A DNA stretch of 64,000 nt, taken from the NCBI RefSeq assembly GCF_006345805.1, contig NC_042999.1, positions 118,730,001 to 118,794,000 of the forward strand, written 5' to 3'. The DNA comes from Octopus sinensis. Lineage: Eukaryota. Made by a program: the position numbers and the translations under genes. Shown one piece after another: positions 60,921 to 64,000 of the stretch; positions within the stretch are counted from its first letter, which is position 1; the number at the start of each line of letters is the position of its first letter. The notes under the pieces were generated by a model, which saw only the letters and a list, made by a program, of their open reading frames with translations, searched no databases and was not told the origin of the DNA.

Positions 60921-62529
60921 GCACCTCTACTATTACATACAGCAAACATGCTCATGTACAACAATATACATTTCTTAATTATTAGTTTCTAGTAGTTACT
61001 ACAATTCTTCCCTATTCTATCTTCAATTCCAATTCTAATGCTACCCCATCTCTTCAAGCATGCTTTTTTCTGCGTCTTGACCACAAATGTTTCCCCACCC
61101 TCTTCCCACCACATTGCCTTTTTTTCAGATACCACTTCCCTTGAAAATCTCTATGACTTGGCCAAAATATCCCTATTGAAAATTACCAATCAAACGACCT
61201 TGCTTAAATTCCTTAAATCTCCCACTCCCTTACATTTTTGTTCCTTTTATTCTTTTCTGTTTTCTTTCTTATATTCCTAATTTCTTTCCACATTTATATT
61301 CTCTGCTCTTACCATGCTCTCTGCGTATTCTGATCAAATCTTCCATGTGTTAACATTACCTCCTTGTGATAATGTAAACACCTCACTTGGATAATTACCA
61401 CTTCCAAGATTCTGCTTACTATGAAACATGTAGCCCAGATCTTATCTACTCCATTCCTTAACTCTTGTGTGTGTGGGTGTGTGTGTGTATTTACATATAT
61501 ATACATACATTCATTTATGTATATATGTATAATACACACACATACACATGCACATATGATTGGATGCATTTAACATGTGACAGATTATTCAGATTTTGGC
61601 TCTAAAGTTAACTGCATTAATCTCTCACCATCACATGTACACACAAGTCCTTTTCTGTTGGAGATGAGCTAAGATGTAATACAAAGAGCACAGCAATAAT
61701 AAGAGAAAAGGAACTTCAGTATTGATTTGGTAATCCTTCATTCTATCTGTTACGTGTGTTTCAGTATTCTGCAACAGATGCACACTATAGATGTAATATA
61801 GTAGATGCGTCCAATAGGGCCATTATGGAAAGCAAACATATCATCAACAATTACCAGATCAATGCTTATGTTCCCTCTTATTATATATGTATATGTGTAT
61901 ATGTGCATGCATGTGCGTGTGGTTTTAAACATTAGAGTTTTAAACATAAGTATTCTTCTTTTTTCCCTCATTCTTCTACATCTTCTCTCTCCATTTTCTC
62001 CTTTCTCTTTTTCTGCTTCTTTATCCCCTAACCATACTTTCATTTACTTTGGCATTAACACTGTACTCGCTTTATTCATCTTTACACAGTCTATTTACAT
62101 TTTCATCATTATTTACTTTTTGTTTCCTCCCAACATAAACCTGGCAGACACAGTGTAAGAGTACATGTTTGATTCAGGTCTGAAGGTCTGTCACTCTATT
62201 GTTTAAAACCACAAATATTACATAAATTTTCACTTAAAAGTTTGTGTGCACTAACATGGAAAGCTGAGGCATTACAGAGACAATTGTAACTGATCATCAA
62301 AGATGTTTTGCTTTGTCTTCTCATTTGGATTACATTTTACTCTTCACTAAACCCATACAACAGTTTTACCATTGTGAAACCTGAAGAATTTTTATTTAAA
62401 TTCTGGAATCTGACAGTGTAGATAACCTAAAGCTTGGATTGCTGCATTGGAACTACCCTATCTTTCTACTATCCCAATACCTTATATACATATATATATA
62501 TGAAAATAAAACTGAATAGAGATCATTAA

Positions 62530-62740
62530 CCCTTTCATTACTGTATTTATTTTGAGATGCTCTGTGTTTCTTTCAATTACTTTAAATATAACAAAGAATT
62601 TAGTAAATCAAATTTATCTATCATTCTACTAGTGTTAGGAACATAAATTGAGACTAAGGTTCGCTGGAAGATTTTAATTCAAAACTTATGAAAACAAGAC
62701 AGAGCCAGAGCCAGTTTCAGCCGAGTTGGAAACAAAAGGG
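62530..62740 (+). mobile_element. piggyBac-like MITE (211 bp)
   Basis: TTAA|CCCTTT...AAAGGG|TTAA, with TSD intact on both sides. Confidence 0.8.
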
Positions 62741-62786
62741 TTAATAGACAGCTTTTTAACAATATGGTAGTGGGGAATGCATGTAC

Positions 62787-62822
<36 letters not shown>

Positions 62823-62863
62823 GTGTATATATGTATAAGTATATATGTGCATGTATGTATATA

Positions 62864-62899
<36 letters not shown>

Positions 62900-62902
<3 letters not shown>

Positions 62903-63090
62903 AGAATTCACAAAAACAATAAGGGGTGAAGACAGGTGGTGTAGACAACAAACAGATGTATTTGTATAACGCTCAGGAAGTGAAAAAGTCTTTAATGTTT
63001 TGAGCCTATGCTCTTCCACAGAAAGGAACACAGAAAGAAACAAGGAGAGAAAATAAAGAATGTGTAGTGGCTAGCGATCTGTCATGGTGA
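62900..63090 (-). mobile_element. H1 element, near full length, inside (TA)n
   Basis: (TA)n|gggagaattc... Aligns with 44871-45057. Confidence 0.8.
62990..63025 (-). ncRNA. Minimal hammerhead-like fold H1, degenerate (GAAA>AAAA)
   Basis: RC reads CTTT CTGTGGA A GAGC ATAG GCTC AAAA CAT T AAAG. Confidence 0.45.
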
Positions 63091-63099
63091 AAACATAAA

Positions 63100-63189
<90 letters not shown>

Positions 63190-63586
63190 ATATATATGTA
63201 TGTATATATATGTATATATATATATATGTATGTATATATATATATGTATGTATATATTATATATGTATATATATATGTATGTATATATATATGTATATAT
63301 ATATGTATGTAATATATATGTATATATATATATGTATGTATATATAGTATATATATATATGTATGTATATATATATGTATATATATATGTATGTATATAT
63401 GTATGTATATATATATGTATGTATATATGTATATATATATGTATGTATATATATATGTATATATATTTGTATGTATGTATATATATATGTATATATATTT
63501 GTATGTATATATATATGTATGTAAAATATATGTATGTATAAATATATGTATGTATATATATATGTATGTATATATATATATATATG

Positions 63587-63622
<36 letters not shown>

Positions 63623-63666
63623 ATATGTATGTATATATATATATATGTATATATATATATGTATGT

Positions 63667-63716
<50 letters not shown>

Positions 63717-64000
63717 GTATGTATATATATATGTATGTATATATATATGTATATATATATATGTATGTATATATAATATGTATGTATATATATATATGTA
63801 TATATATATATATGTATGTATATATATATGTATATATATATGTATGTATATATATATGTATATATATATATGTATGTATATATATATGTATATATATATA
63901 TGTATGTATATATATATGTATATATATATGTATGTATATATGTATGTATATATATATGTATGTATATATGTATATATATATGTATGTATATATATATGTA
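63100..64000. repeat. 900-bp compound (TA)n/(TATG)n microsatellite
   Basis: Directly visible. Runs to the window end. Confidence 0.97.

Noticed and set aside
61750-62043. Minus-strand ORF containing IDLVIVDDMF
   Set aside because: Short chance motif. No convincing splice sites and no neighbouring exons.

Overview
AT-rich, microsatellite-dense animal genomic DNA. The SINE, RTE and Penelope repeat families look like Octopus (coleoid cephalopod); this is inferred from recalled repeat sequences, not from a database search. The only host gene I can support is a + strand receptor-type guanylyl cyclase of the retinal-GC-like class. Four internal exons (1235-1391, 8372-8521, 33162-33333, 37437-37577) splice in frame and encode the C-terminal kinase-homology domain and the dimerisation helix. 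The first intron (1392-8371) needs a non-canonical GC-AG donor, and I did not find the cyclase-domain exon in the last 26 kb. The rest is intronic transposon debris: CORE-like and Meta-like tRNA SINEs; RTE, R4/Dong and L2/CR1 LINE fragments; a Penelope RT relic; an internally deleted Ty3/Gypsy element carrying a nested SINE and a solo LTR; Tc1 (DD34E), maT (DD37D) and mariner relics; a Helitron 3' end; TTAA MITEs; a foldback element; and a recent 452-bp tandem duplication. The most notable signal is 15 minimal type-I hammerhead-ribozyme-like folds in about six sequence families. They sit in short Penelope-type elements, mostly in or next to (TA)n or (TACA)n microsatellites. Two families carry fixed non-canonical cores (CUGUNGA and CCGAUGA), one copy shows a compensatory stem-I change, and two families occur as long inverted duplications. 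Ribozyme activity is inferred from the fold and has not been demonstrated.
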